Assembly (NCBI GenBank): GCA_964016885.1 | Contig: OZ024759.1 | Coordinates: 30,752,001-30,816,000 of the forward strand | Length of the DNA stretch: 64,000 nucleotides | Direction: 5' to 3' | Source: Eledone cirrhosa | Taxonomy: Eukaryota | Shown: piece after piece, positions 28,020 through 43,329 of the stretch | Layout: each line of letters opens with the position of its first letter | How positions within the stretch are numbered: the stretch's first letter is position 1 | Program-made: the position numbers and the translations under genes | Notes under the pieces: model-generated | Databases searched by the model: none | Seen by the model: only the letters and a program-made list of their open reading frames with translations | Told to the model about the DNA's origin: nothing

Positions 28020-28405
28020 TAATTATGATTTCTGATTTAGACAGAGGGTCAATAAATTTTTGGGGGAGAGGAAGATCGATGAAATCGATTCCAGTGCATT
28101 ACTGGTACTTTAATTTATCGACCCCGTAAAGATGAGAGAGAAAGCTAACCACAGCAGGATTTGAACTCAGGGTGTAAAGGACCATGACTCTACTTCACAA
28201 AGCATATTGTCCGACGCTCTACCGATTACTGCCATTCCACTGCCCTTAATAGTAATAGTAATAATGGTTTTTGGTTTAGGCACAAGGCCAGCAATTTGGG
28301 GGATGGGGAAAGTCGTTGAAATCGGCCCAAGTGCATTACTGGTACTTCATTTTATCGACTACGTAAGGATGAAAGGCAAAGCTAATCGCGATTGGATTTG
28401 AACAC
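28020..28405 (-). mobile_element. Two SINE family A copies
   Basis: Reverse consensus matches. Confidence 0.85.
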
Positions 28406-29169
28406 AAATATTCCCCAAAATAATAAAACACGCCCACTGTCTCATTTAGTTTTCACTTCAGTATATCTTTATATTTTTACAAATAATTTAGTTGGTAATC
28501 AATGTTTATCATTGATTGACCATCACTTAAAAATATAAATATAAATATAATTTCTCAAAGTTCTTTCGTTACACATATCTGTGATACCTTCAGTGATTAT
28601 AGCTATTTTCCTCTCTTTGTGTTTCAATATATTTATGTAATTTTATCCCAATTTCCTTTGTGTTTATTTTGTTACAATTTACTCATGTCTTTGTAAATGA
28701 TATGATTAGTTTACTTTGTATTGGAAACCTACAAAAGTAACTATTAAGAAACAATCCTATTACCGCCATAGAAGTACCCCAAATTATCTCGTCTTCATGG
28801 ATATCTAGATAAATTTCAATTTCAATATAATTTTATTAAAGACCGTGATCAAACCAAGGCTATGATTGAAAATAACCCTCAAATCATCATACAGTGGAAT
28901 TGAATCAGAAACAATATAATGAAACACACATCTCTTCTTATCCATAGAGACAGATTTAAGCTTAATATTAAATAAGGTAATGTTTTAATACTGTGTTGTG
29001 TTAATGAAGGATTATCAAATATATGTTAGTAATTTTAGTAACCTTTGAAATACTAGATAGCTACCACTTATTATTTATTTTCAACTAATTCTGCAAAGCT
29101 AGCTTGTTGAGCTGACGAGATCAAATAGCTTTATTTCATTTTAGTATTATAGTGAAGTTAGCTGTCTTT

Positions 29170-29350
29170 TGCTGTAGACATTATATTTAAACAAAGCTAA
29201 TTAAAGATTCTTGTGAAAGTCTTTTTGAATTTATGAAAGTCATTGGATTGTCAAAAAACTACAAATCAGATATATGAAGGAGGTGCTGGTTCTTTACTTA
29301 AGTGTCTCAATGTTAAACAATCCTATATAGTTTACCAACGCTGCAGCTTC
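29170..29350 (-). pseudogene. Putative VWA C-terminal pseudo-exon
   Basis: NIETLK*RTS / P..YI*FVVF..NDF..F......LC. Confidence 0.2.
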
Positions 29351-29617
29351 ATATCGTACTTAATGTAAATAACGTTAAAATAAGTTACACATACCTAGGC
29401 AATACCATTTCTATAAAAACAGTTGCCTTGGCATAACAAAAAAACAACAGATTTGTGCAGCCACCATCCCAGCAACGGGAAAACTGTCGGAAATAAATCC
29501 AAATATTTGCTGAGATAAATTATATCATTCGTTAAGCATTTATTAATATCGCTACCGCTTTTTCCTCTTTCACGACAACGGTGGGTTTTCTCCATTTTAG
29601 TTTCCTTTCTCTACACA

Positions 29618-29803
29618 TGTTGGCAATATCGGTAGAGGGTCGGACGCCATGCTTTGCAGCATAGAAATACGGCCCTTTATGATCTGAGTTCAAATCCCGC
29701 CGAGGTTAACTTTGCCTTTCATCCTTACGGAGTCGATAAAATAAAGTACCAGTAATGTACTGGGATAATTGCTGGCCTTGTGCCAACAGTAGATGCAATT
29801 ATT
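29618..29803 (+). mobile_element. SINE family A
   Basis: Full consensus match. Confidence 0.9.
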
Positions 29804-30260
29804 CTCATTGTTTCTTCACTCAGTTTCTAATACTGGAGATCTCTACCAGTGAACTGAGATAACACCCATTATTTTTTTCAAATAAAATTTTGACTTTCAA
29901 TGTTATCCGAAATAATCACATCTTCTGTACACTTTCCATTTATATCTCGATAATATCTCTTTTGGTCTACTCTCAATAGTCTATTTTGCTGATATTGCTT
30001 TATTGTTTGTTCGTATGTAACTATCTTTGCTATTTTTGCTATTAGATGTTACATAGCTTCCTCAATTACTACTTATAGGTCTTTTCTTTTAATACCATAT
30101 TATCTTCCATACCATCTACATTTCTCTCACTAGACAGTCCATCTCTACCATGTTTCTGTATATTACCAGAAATCTCTTGTTTTTGTGTGAACACACACAA
30201 AAACAAGATGGCGTAAGACATAACAAAGAAGAGGCACAAAAACAAAGAAAAGAATCCTCA

Positions 30261-30303
30261 GTCACTGAAGAGGTCACATATTGTGTGACGAAAGAACTTT
30301 GAC
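30261..30303 (+). ncRNA. Minimal type-I hammerhead (family P7) in PLE-like fragment 30185-30515
   Basis: GUCA-CUGAAGA-G-GUCACA-UAUUG-UGUGAC-GAAA-GAAC-UU^-UGAC. Confidence 0.7.
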
Positions 30304-30710
30304 AATATATGTACAACCGTCCGGTTGTGGAACCAACCAACCAACCGGAAATTTATAAATTCTTAAATTTATAAATTTAACTTATAATAAATTGGAGTGA
30401 AAGCAACTGGTGCGTGTGTTTCTTATTGGCAACATGGCCCTCCCAAAGTATAACAATATCGGTTTCAACACACGTTTTCAGATAAGGAATATTGCTAAAC
30501 AAATTCAGAAATGATATATATATATACATATATATATATGTAGGTTCCCTAGTTGTGTTGGTGTGGGGAACGCATTTTAAAAATAGTACTCAATACATTG
30601 ATAGAGTGTAGTCATCTTTATTATACAGAGAGAAATTACATCTACAAGATGAAAACTATTTAATTTCTACGAATGAAGCAATTATAGCCCTGCAGAACAC
30701 ATTTCTATAT

Positions 30711-30870
30711 ATAATTGTTTCTATTTTTGGCACAAGGCCAGCAATTAATCCAGTGCATTACTGGTACTGTATTTTATCGACTAGTAGGATGAAAGGCAAA
30801 GTTAACCTCGGCGGGATTTGAACTCAGATCATAAAGGGCCGTAAAAAATGGCGTCCGACCCTCTACTGAT
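30711..30870 (-). mobile_element. SINE family A
   Basis: Reverse consensus match. Confidence 0.85.
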
Positions 30871-31070
30871 GCACTTCTATATGTAGTGGTTCCAGCTTTA
30901 GGCACAAGACCAACAATTTTGGTGAAACAGGAAAGCAGATTAAATCAAGGATTGATTTAATCGATTTTCCCCTCGCTTCAAGTTCTAAAAGACTAGAACT
31001 GCTTCACTCGTATCAATAAAACAGATTTAGGCTTGCAGGAATAATTCCTATATATACAATAAAAATATAA

Positions 31071-31110
<40 letters not shown>

Positions 31111-31264
31111 ATGTATATGTCTGTGTATTTATGCGTGTGTGTATATTTATGAGTATATATGTGTATATATGTGTATGAATATGTGTATGTACATGCATAT
31201 ACATATATATATATGTGTGTGTGTGTGTATACATACGCACACAAACACACACACTCACAAACTG

Positions 31265-31323
<59 letters not shown>

Positions 31324-31693
31324 AACATACACACACACAGACATCAATAAATATAAAGGCACCAAGAAATAATGAGATAGATGTGAAATAATTTCGAGGA
31401 TAAACAATGGACATAACAAAAGCTAAACAGGATCCTTTACTAACGCCGTTCCGACTGCAATTTCCGATGTTTGCCGAGAGGAGCTAAAGATAAAAAAAGC
31501 ACAATCACCCAACAAGCCTGCAGCTGTGTTTACGTGGCGTTAGGAACGCCTTGGGATGAAGACTAAATAAATATATATATATCGACCATTTTGTGTGTCA
31601 GCGTGCGTATGATTGATATATTGCTGGCCGAAGTGTTTATGTGTATATATGTATGAATATGTATGTAGGTATATATGTATATAGATGAATATA

Positions 31694-31797
<104 letters not shown>

Positions 31798-31885
31798 TAT
31801 ATTTATTTATTTATATATATGTATATATGTACATGTATATGTATATATGGATATATGTGTATATATATGTATATAGATGAATATA

Positions 31886-31967
<82 letters not shown>

Positions 31968-32158
31968 AATATATATATATGTATATATATATATATGTAT
32001 ATAATTACATAAATGTATATAAATATATTCTAATGGCTATTTATACAAGCATATATACAAACGCATGTAATTACACATACATACAAATATATTTACACAC
32101 ATACACAAACTTATAATTATACGAATATATATATGTATATATGTGTATATATACTTAT

Positions 32159-32246
<88 letters not shown>

Positions 32247-32254
32247 TTGTATAA

Positions 32255-32301
<47 letters not shown>

Positions 32302-32364
32302 GATAGATATATAGATATAAATATATACATATATAAATATATATACAGGTATATAATTATACAA

Positions 32365-32429
<65 letters not shown>

Positions 32430-32722
32430 TATATACTAAATATCCATTAATGTGGAGATATAAAGGAATTGGAAGTCAGAAGAGAATAAGAGAGGCGAGA
32501 GAGTTGGAGGGAGAGTGAGTCTGACAAGGGGGTAGTGGGAGGGGTAGAAGGAGTTGTATATCATTTGATGACAATCATAAAATTGATTGGTGCAGACGAT
32601 GTGTGACCACCTGCTCATTGTATTTGTTCATGACGTATATAGTACATACACACATATACACACGCACACATACATATATATATGTAAACTCACATATATA
32701 TATAGATACACACACAGGGATG

Positions 32723-32801
<79 letters not shown>

Positions 32802-33047
32802 CTGTGTATGCTATGTATATATATATATATATATATACACTCACAAGTATACATACACACACAAACAATATATATATCTTTACACTTGTATGTATATATA
32901 ATCGTTTCTAATTATAATTATATAGAGTGACAATTGGGCATTAACTGAACAGCCTCTCGATATATGGACTCTGGAGAGTAATATATGCGCACATACCTCA
33001 CTCACGCACACTCATATATATATATAGATATATATATTCATATATAT

Positions 33048-33420
<373 letters not shown>

Positions 33421-33445
33421 TACTTATATATACATATATACATAT

Positions 33446-33474
<29 letters not shown>

Positions 33475-33476
<2 letters not shown>

Positions 33477-33668
33477 GGAACGAGTAGGACCCCGACGGCT
33501 GAGCTCAACCCCTTTCGACGGCTAATTCAGTCCAGAATTAGCCGTCGAAACGGCTTGAGCTCAGCCCTCGGGGTCCTACTCGTTCCTATTACCCACTCTA
33601 CTACCCTAAGGATTGAGTACTTTGGTGCATTATGGTCCACCTGGTTCCTTACCACATTTCCTTCGTTA
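33475..33668 (+). mobile_element. Family P1 fold-back PLE fragment
   Basis: As 16326, subfamily variant GAACGAGTAGGAC in both arms. Confidence 0.8.
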
Positions 33669-33709
33669 TATATATATATATATATATATATACGAGTACG
33701 AAAACGCGT

Positions 33710-33835
33710 GCTTATATCCTAAATGGCTTTCGTTTGGCAAACAGGCAGTAAAATATAGAACAGTAATACAGCCCTTTGGTGTTTCACATCATACAGTGCT
33801 TAGCAATAGCTTGATTAAAAGTGGCAATTCATTCT
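33710..33835 (-). pseudogene. Putative calcium-binding EGF pseudo-exon
   Basis: NE/CH...KHC..*NTKGLYYCS resembles NEC...C.H.C.NT.GSY.C.C. Confidence 0.4.
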
Positions 33836-34056
33836 GTAGTTATCACCACAAATAGATTTATTTTATGATAATCAACATATTTAATCGTCTATTTTAACTC
33901 GCTTTGAATTCATATTGTCGTATAGCAGGCCATTAACTTTACAGGTTGTTTAACACAGACACATTTATATAGTGATAGATATACAGTATGTATATATTAT
34001 GCATATATTATGTATATATTATGTATATATGTAATTTATGAATATATATATATATA

Positions 34057-34124
<68 letters not shown>

Positions 34125-34647
34125 CATTATATATGTACACATATATATATATATATATACATATATATATACATTTTTTATATGCATTATATATAAACAC
34201 ATATATACATTATGGATTTATTTATATATACATATATAAGCACGTTATGTATGTTGACTGCTCTATATACATACTAATATACGAACATACATACATACAT
34301 ACATACATACGTACATACACACACATATATATATATACACATTTATTTTTTCATCGCTTCCCCCGTGTTTTTTCCCATCTGTTTACCTGTTTCCTATTAA
34401 TATTTGCTTGTTTTTAACCAACGGCAACCTATATTTCTGACAGACGCATTACGATCAAAGTAGATCCGTTGATTTCGTAAAATAGCATTTTCAACTCTTT
34501 TGCATTAAGACAAAACTCATATAACGTTAGTGTCCTGAAATTCTATCGATATTCATCGATTTTTCCAGTCTATTGCTGAATCATCACGATGACAAAGTAG
34601 ATAATATTTATGTGCAACAATTGACTACTAAAATTTAATGTCTTTTC

Positions 34648-34705
34648 GTCAGTTTCGAGGATGTGAATGTGTTCAATCATCTGATGAAGTACTCTCGGGT
34701 CCGAA
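34648..34705 (-). mobile_element. Possible PLE GIY-YIG C-terminal fragment
   Basis: REYFIR*LNTFT resembles RE.Y(F/W)I..L.T..P. Confidence 0.3.
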
Positions 34706-34747
34706 ATAATAGGGAGCTGGGCAGCAATCGCATAAGCTTATTATCTC

Positions 34748-34912
34748 GGTTGGATTGGCAGTATCGGTAAAGGGTCGTAGCCATGCTTTGACGCATAGAG
34801 TTACGGCCCTTGCCATTTTGATTTCAAATCCGGCCGAGGTTAACTTTGCCTTTCATCCTTACGGGGTCGATAAAATAAAGTACCAGTAATGCACTGGGTA
34901 ATTGCATCCTTG
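34748..34912 (+). mobile_element. SINE family A
   Basis: Consensus match. Confidence 0.85.
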
Positions 34913-35371
34913 TATACCGAATATATATATATACACATACACTTCAAAAATAAATAGCGTTTAAACAAGGTCAGGACAGGTTTATAGCATCTAGAAACTA
35001 ATTAATATTAATTATGAATATCTGAAAATTAATTAACGGACTATGGCAATATTCCATCTGAACAACTTATATTCCCTAAGAAAGAAAATTTTCACAAATA
35101 TTCCCAAAGTGATCAAACTAAGGTAATTAACTAATTTATTGATTGGACCCTTAATCTGTTTTAAGATCGATACATCATAACTGAATAGTTGTATCTAAAG
35201 ATGTGGGAATTTGTTCATCTGGTTGACAGAGAGAAGGACACGGGCGTGACGTAAAGGAGCAATTGTGAAAAGGATTTTAGGAGCATCTTTGAAATTTCAT
35301 TTACTTTTAATAGATCTGTCTTTATTACGTCGAGAGAAGTTTACAACGACATTTAACTAAATACTTGTATT

Positions 35372-35587
35372 ATGAGTTCATATCCGGCCGAGGGGGTGGG
35401 GTTAACTTTGCCTTTCATCCTTACGGGGTTAATAAAATAAAGTACCAGTCACGCACCGGGGTCGATTTAATCTACTTTCCCCTTCCCAATATTGCTGGCC
35501 TTGTGCCTATAATAGAAATCATTATGAGTTCAAATCCCGCCGAGGTTAACTTTGCCTTTCATCCTTACGGGGTCGATAAACTAAAGT
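35372..35587 (+). mobile_element. Two 5'-truncated SINE A copies followed by a P4 fragment (35588-35722)
   Basis: Consensus match; P4 match to 20401-20538. Confidence 0.8.
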
Positions 35588-35721
35588 ATGATTCCTCAGT
35601 TGAATAGGAGGTTAATTATATGTACAAACATTGATAATGCTCCAAGGACACCAAGCTTAAGTTTGGAAGAAACAATTGTCAGCGATTAAATGTTTTAAAC
35701 ATAACATTGATACTTGTGTAA

Positions 35722-35787
<66 letters not shown>

Positions 35788-36162
35788 CTTGCGATGCTCA
35801 CCTGTGCTATTCATTTGGTGTTTGTTTACATAAAAACCAGTTAATTATTAGGCTCTCGCCACTTAATTGCTTTGCATTCAAATGTTTATATTTTTAAAAT
35901 GTTTGTATTTCTGTCGTTTCAACATTGGCTTTCTTGTTTTCAATTCCCCATAATTATTTGTTCAATTTTGTTCCAATTCTTGCTGAAGACTTTTGTAGAG
36001 ATTTCTACATGACACCTGTAGCTCACCTTAGCAATCATGCTTTGTGGTTTTGACATCTAATTATTTTAAAAATATAATTATCTCAAATAATAATACCTCT
36101 TTTTCGTTGTGGTATTTCTTTTTATTTATATATTTTATTTTTTATGAGGATATCTCCTTAAA

Positions 36163-36250
36163 TTTGTCTTTATGAGTGTGTCTTCTTATATTTGTCTTTA
36201 TGAGGGTGTCTTCTTATATTTGTCTTTATGAGGGTGTCTTCTTAAATTTA
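36163..36250. repeat. 28-bp tandem repeat x3
   Basis: TTGTCTTTATGAGGGTGTCTTCTTATAT. Confidence 0.85.
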
Positions 36251-36989
36251 TGAGTACCTATTTAATTGTGTCTGTCTTACTAACTAGATAACTTCATTCA
36301 GCTGGTTTCTTTAACACTATGCTCTGTTTTATCATATTATTTCACTGTGTTCGGTTCAATCTTTCTCTGTTCTGTGTTATTTAGTTACTACAGTTATGTT
36401 TTGTTCTATTCTTATTTGCTTACTTATCTCATTTAAGCATCATGCTCTCCTTTGTTGAAATTCTCTGTCATAAGTTCTACAATGGATTCTTCTCTATTAT
36501 TAAATTCCAGTAGCTTATCTCTTTCTTAAATCTATATATTTTCCTGTCAATACAAAGTCAAAAAATTTACTTTTCACTTTGACTTTGTAAATTACTTCTC
36601 TAAAATATACGTCCATACGTTCTATAAGTTTGCGATATTTCCTTGTTGATGAGTTCAGTTCTAGGATGGTTTCATCTTAACAATTCCTTTGTCGATTTCG
36701 TGATATTGCTGGCGGCCATTTTCATTTTATGAAGCAACATAACATATCATCAAAGTACAAGTATCAGTTCCTGTCCCACTTCACACGTGTTTACATTCTT
36801 ACTTTGGGTCAGCCGCATATACGATGCTATTTTCGCTAGAACGTCTATCGACTCAACGCGTTTTTCGAATCGCGTTACCGTCAAACGTGGTTAGAAAAAT
36901 GAATCTAGAACAAAATATAAATATATACATACATATATACATTAAATATATAAAATATATATAGTCTTTTTTATTATATATATATATAC

Positions 36990-37030
<41 letters not shown>

Positions 37031-37056
37031 TGTATATGAATATATATATATTTATT

Positions 37057-37102
<46 letters not shown>

Positions 37103-37104
37103 TA

Positions 37105-37167
<63 letters not shown>

Positions 37168-37291
37168 CGGGATAACAAATTATTTTTATAGGTAGTCCAC
37201 TTAGATGTAGTCCAGTTCAGAGAAACAATTGTCAGCAATGAGAATAAAGCCCTTATTGTATAGCACACGATGTCACTCTTCTTTCTTCATC

Positions 37292-37337
<46 letters not shown>

Positions 37338-37677
37338 GGTTAATTAAATATGTCTTGTCCACAGAGAGAAACTTTCTTGAAGCTGACTCTAAACGCTTTC
37401 TCTTTCATAGCTGACAGCGCCAAGTGAAAGTGATGTAAACAATATATTTTCATAAAATTGTACCTTTGGCAACGGATATTAATATCAACGAAAGTCTTTC
37501 AAATATAAAGTTTGATTAAATATACGTAGCCTATATTTCATGTGAGTAACACCTGAACGAGATGTACTACATGCTGGTTTTTTTAATCGGTCGTGAAAAT
37601 TTCTCTATAGACACAATTATTTCCGTTCAATACATTATTGAGTAACATTTGTTTTTCTTCATATGTTGCTTGTTAGC

Positions 37678-37752
<75 letters not shown>

Positions 37753-37765
37753 TACACACATATAT

Positions 37766-38325
37766 AATCACTGATGAGGGACTCATTTTATTACATGTTA
37801 TCCATGTGCTACCTGCAGTATTTTTCTCTATATTTTATTACAAACTGCGATTCTGTGTTTTTTTCTCTCTCTCTCTTACTGCTCCCCCATTCTCTCTGTT
37901 TCTCCTACCTTCTTTCGCCCCCTCTGTCATGTCAGTTAACTCTTCCTCACACTTTCACTCACTCACTGTTTCTCCTCTCTTCATTTCATCCTGTACACCA
38001 CGAAAGCTATATTTTTCTCTCTTCTCACATGGCCCTCGTTCGTGTCAGGTCTTTTTTCTAAAGCGCTCATATATTCACCTAGCTTATGCTAAACAGAATA
38101 ATTTTGAAGCTTGTTTCTTTCCCCTACGGTTAGCTATACTCTTTGTTGTTCTCCTGTCTCACTCGCTTTACGTGTTTCAATTGTCCTAATAACTTATTTT
38201 GGTTATTATTGCACCGACGTGAGGTATATGATTTTTAATGCAATGAAATATCTATGATCGTCGGCAAATCACTGATGAGGGACTCATTTTATTACATGTT
38301 ATCCATGTGCTACCTGCAGTATTTT

Positions 38326-38332
<7 letters not shown>
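37766..38332 (+). mobile_element. TA-flanked element with ~65-bp direct terminal repeats (pLTR-like)
   Basis: AATCACTGATGAGGGACTCATTTTATTACATGTTATCCATGTGCTACCTGCAGTATTTT at 37766 and 38267. Confidence 0.6.
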
Positions 38333-38357
<25 letters not shown>

Positions 38358-38358
38358 A

Positions 38359-38490
<132 letters not shown>

Positions 38491-38583
38491 GTATATATGT
38501 ATATGTATATATATATATGTATATATATGTATATATATGTATATATATATATGTATATATATGTATATATATGTATATATATG

Positions 38584-38660
<77 letters not shown>

Positions 38661-38671
38661 GCATATATATC

Positions 38672-38714
<43 letters not shown>

Positions 38715-38716
<2 letters not shown>

Positions 38717-38825
38717 CGAAGGAAATGTGGTAAGGAACCAGGTGGACCATAACGCACCAAAGTACTCAATACTTGAGGTAGTAGAGTGGGTAATAGGAAC
38801 CAGTAAGACCCCAGTCTTACTGGTT

Positions 38826-38829
<4 letters not shown>
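38715..38829 (-). mobile_element. Family P1 short fold-back copy
   Basis: Folds back at GACCCCA, next to the predicted cleavage site. Confidence 0.75.
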
Positions 38830-38877
<48 letters not shown>

Positions 38878-40159
38878 TTCTAGGTCTAAAGATTTTATGT
38901 ATGTTTGTTTATGTTGGATAGTACATGAATGCCTGTACTCAATACGTTTAATTTAGCCACACATCATATTGTTATAAGTGGCGCAATAGGCGTCCATGTA
39001 GTGCTTTATTTTAGACGTTTCGGGACTCTGCTCGCTGACTTCAAATCCCGTCCAGGTCAATTTTGCCTTCCACACTCTCCATGTGGTATAGGGGTTGATT
39101 CTTCCTCTATGTCTCTTTCTCCCCACTGACATTTTCTTCTCTGGAAGTTATCTTCTGTACTCAGGCTTTTAGAGAAATGGCACACTCTCTCTGTCATCCA
39201 GCCTCCCACTCAGTCATTCACTCTCCCCATCACTCACTCTTCCATTCACTGCCCCACTCTTCCACTCACTCACTCACTCACTTGCTTACACACACACACA
39301 CTGATTTCTCGCACCCATGCTCTCACTCATTCACTCTTACAGATATTCTCATGGTCTAGTCAGTGTCCTGGTCCTCTGGAAATTATGCCTGTATATTTAT
39401 CGCCTTTACACACAGTCAAAGCTCAACACTATGCTTTTGAGAACCCATTTTCTCGCGATTCTAACACAATCACAATTATATACAATGAATATATTTTCTG
39501 AAGTATGAATATATATATATATTTTTTTTCTTATCTTGAAAAGGGTGAGTAAGGGAAATTCTAATCACGATGGTTAACTACAAAAATTTTCTAAGCAATA
39601 TATTCCAGCGATTTAACTAGAATCTTCTGAACGTGGATATTATTATTATTACCATTATTATTATTTTTTATGGAACTATTACAGGAATACCGATTAATTT
39701 TCGTTGCATATTTCTGTAGTTCTTAATTTTATATTTTTCTTGCTCTTTCATTTGTATTTTTCTTGTCTCTCTATCTTTCAAATCATTTTATTCATCTTGG
39801 AAGAATGTGCCACGTTCAAAGAATATTCGTGCTAGACAATCCTGAATAACTGAAAGCAAATCTAAATCGCCTTCTCAAACTATAGAGATAGAGTATTGGA
39901 AAACTGCTAATGCAAGCAACCATATTGAGCTAATACTATGAATACATTTTTGCAAGTATGGGAACAAAATAAAATTTTAAATTCAATAGACTGACAGATA
40001 TAAAAGAATATTAGACGGCCTACAAATATACATATATATACATATATATTTGTATATAGATTTACACTCAAACATACACATATATGAATATTGTATATAT
40101 ATAATATATATATAAATATATATATATATATATGTATATATATATTTTTTTGTATGTTC

Positions 40160-40307
<148 letters not shown>

Positions 40308-40344
40308 TGTATGTATGTAGGTGTGTATGTGTGTGTCAAATACA

Positions 40345-40905
40345 CAATCAGTAAAGTATATCCCACTACGTTTCCAACTGCCACACTGAATATTTGAATA
40401 TTTCTGGTCAATTGTGGCTGACAAAGAAAGGCAGTGTCATGAAAATCGATCATATTGATTAATCTATCGAGCGAACTGTTGGAGCAGAATATAACAAAAC
40501 ACACACTTTAGTAGAATGTCATAAAAAGCGACTATTCCAGATTCCGTGTGGTAAAATGGTAAATTAGTCAGAACATGAGAAATGGTTAAATTATAAATTT
40601 CCATAGATATAACTATCCATGTATTTAGTTTTTCAACTGTGTGGACTAGAATTGTGTAAAATGAAAAGTCTTCCTCTCGCTCTGATCGATCGACAAAATC
40701 CCAGACCTCATTCGCTTCCCATCGCTATCCTTTGCTTCTATTCGATATGAAACCTCACGAATGAAATTAGCTACAATTGCTCAGATATCAAAAACATACC
40801 ATACGAGCTAACATTGTTAAATATGATTGTTCGACTTGTTTGGTCAACAGAATACTTGGCTATTGAAACTAACGTGCAATTCGCTAAGACTTCTAAATCT
40901 AAAAT
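40345..40905 (-). pseudogene. Decayed VWA domain (two pseudo-exons)
   Basis: EVLANCTLVSIAKYS...IIFNNVSS; then acceptor CCAACAG| at 40475 and LDR..DFHDT....[21 protein letters not shown] (GI.IF.VGVG motif). Confidence 0.5.
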
Positions 40906-41558
40906 CTGTCTTGAGCTCGGAAGCTCATCAAGCCGGTGACTTATCCCGGTTTCAGTGGTGTTAAGCCACTGAGAGTACAAGACTTTCCTTTGGTCGGTTC
41001 TTCACTGGTACATATTTAGCCACCATGAAAGGATGAAAGTCAGAGTTGACCTCAGCGGAAATTGAATTCAGAGAACAGCGAGCCAGAAATAATACTGAAA
41101 AGTATTTTATCTGACGTTTTGTTGACTTTGCCAATTTGCCGCCTTAAACTTAAAATAAAGAGATGAAATTATTTTGTACTTTGATGTAAATATTTCAGAA
41201 GTGATACTAACAGTATTTTATATTATAATAGTAAAATGATCAGAAGGAAGATATTTAATTTTACATCAAATTCTTTCACACAGAATAATTTAAAATATTT
41301 TTAAAAGATGAAAGAATTATAATTATTTTCATTCATAATTTAATTCCATTAATATATATTCGCTCTATAACATGCGAAAACACTTTCTATGTATGTGTGT
41401 ATGCATATGTCCGTATGTATGTGTGGGTGGATAGGGAGACGTGGTTTGTGGTTCAGTCTCACTGCTAGGTACAGTCAGTAAGTACCTTCTAATATAGCTA
41501 CGAGCTAAGCAGTGACTGACGAGTGAAATGTAGAAGGTTTTGATTGAAGTCAGTGGAC

Positions 41559-41615
<57 letters not shown>

Positions 41616-41616
<1 letters not shown>

Positions 41617-41805
41617 GTTATTCCGGGTTGAATCGGAGGTAACAACAGTAATTAAGGTACTCAATACATACCAGAGTATAAAAGTTTTAATATAGATGAG
41701 ATTCTACAGGACTAGAACTGTTTCATTCTTTAGAAATCATCAGGATGATTTCTAAAGAATGAAACAGTTCTAGTCCTGTAGAATCTCATCTATATTAAAA
41801 CTATA
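41616..41805 (-). mobile_element. Family P5 fold-back fragment whose inversion point is the hammerhead core
   Basis: Perfect IR centred on ATCAT-CAGG-ATGAT; minus strand reads CUGAUGA-UUUCUAAAGAAU-GAAACAG...CUGUA. Confidence 0.7.
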
Positions 41806-41861
41806 TATATATATATATATATATTAAAACTATATATATATATATATATATATATACATAC

Positions 41862-41894
<33 letters not shown>

Positions 41895-42076
41895 AGATTT
41901 GTGAGTATCCTAGCGCTTTATTTAACTGTGGAATCCTCGTATGTCTTTCGAAAGTTATCCACATGTCTGTTCTATATGGGTGAATCTTTCCTATAACCGA
42001 TTCGATATAATGTGCTTCGTAGCACATATATATATATACATATTATATATGTATATATATATATATACATATTGAA

Positions 42077-42128
<52 letters not shown>

Positions 42129-42148
42129 CAATATGTATATATATATAT

Positions 42149-42205
<57 letters not shown>

Positions 42206-42584
42206 AATAAGGACTTATATATATATATTTGCTCTACGGTTTTTATATATATATTATCCTTATCATGCCCTCTTCGGATTTTAGTCTTCACATTTATTAT
42301 TATTACTATATATATATATATGAGAGAGATAGTGATGTAAAATCCCGACTGCGGTGCCAAGCGGCTTCGGCTTGTGTTTCACAGACACACTCTGCATTTC
42401 CTATGCATTTAGTACTCAAATGAATAGTGGGCTCCTGTAGAAAAGAAAAATTCACACTCAGGTGTGCATTCAGTCAGCAATTTTGGAGAGAGATATCAAC
42501 CCATGTCTGCATTATTGCAAGCAAAACTTTTTCTCTTGACTAAGCCCTGTACCCAATTACACAGACAGAGATACATACACATAA

Positions 42585-42676
<92 letters not shown>

Positions 42677-43074
42677 ACACGCCCATACATTCACACACAC
42701 ACAGACACACAGACACGCACACACATATTAACGAATTGACGTCTATGTTGTTGTTTACAACAATAAAACAAAGCCTATACTCGGATGGTGTGCAGTAGAT
42801 ATATTAATTGAATTAAAAGAATAGCAGTAATGGATGTATTTAGATAATTATATTTCTCTCATCTTTTTTAAATTCAAAATTAGTCTGCATGAAATCATTT
42901 GATGTAAAATTAAAATATTATCCTTGTGATCATTTCGCAAATATCACGTTATTTCTCTTAAAACTCAAATCAGAATTCTAGCTTCAAAGTACAAAATAAT
43001 TTATAGTATAATTTTGTTTCGACTTTTGGTAATTTTTAATACTACAATGTTTGGTAGGTGGTTGTCTTTCTGTT

Positions 43075-43295
43075 ATTGGTAGATTGGTAGAATCGGTAGA
43101 GAGTCGAACAGCATGCTTTTCTGCATTTAAATACGACGCTTTACGTTTTGAGTTCAAATCTTGTCGAATTTAGCATTGCTTTTTATCCTTACCGGGTCGA
43201 TAAAATAAAGTACCAGTAATGCACTGAGGGCGATTTAATCGATTTCCCCCTCTCCTCAAAATTTTTGGCTTTGTGCCTAAATCAGAAACCATTAT
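43075..43295 (+). mobile_element. SINE family A (diverged)
   Basis: Consensus match. Confidence 0.8.
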
Positions 43296-43329
43296 TTGTG
43301 AGAAATTGGTCTTCCATCAATTAAGACGA

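Noticed and set aside
34681-34706. CTGATGA...GAAA as a hammerhead
   Set aside because: Stems I-III do not pair; the opposite strand looks like GIY-YIG coding remnant
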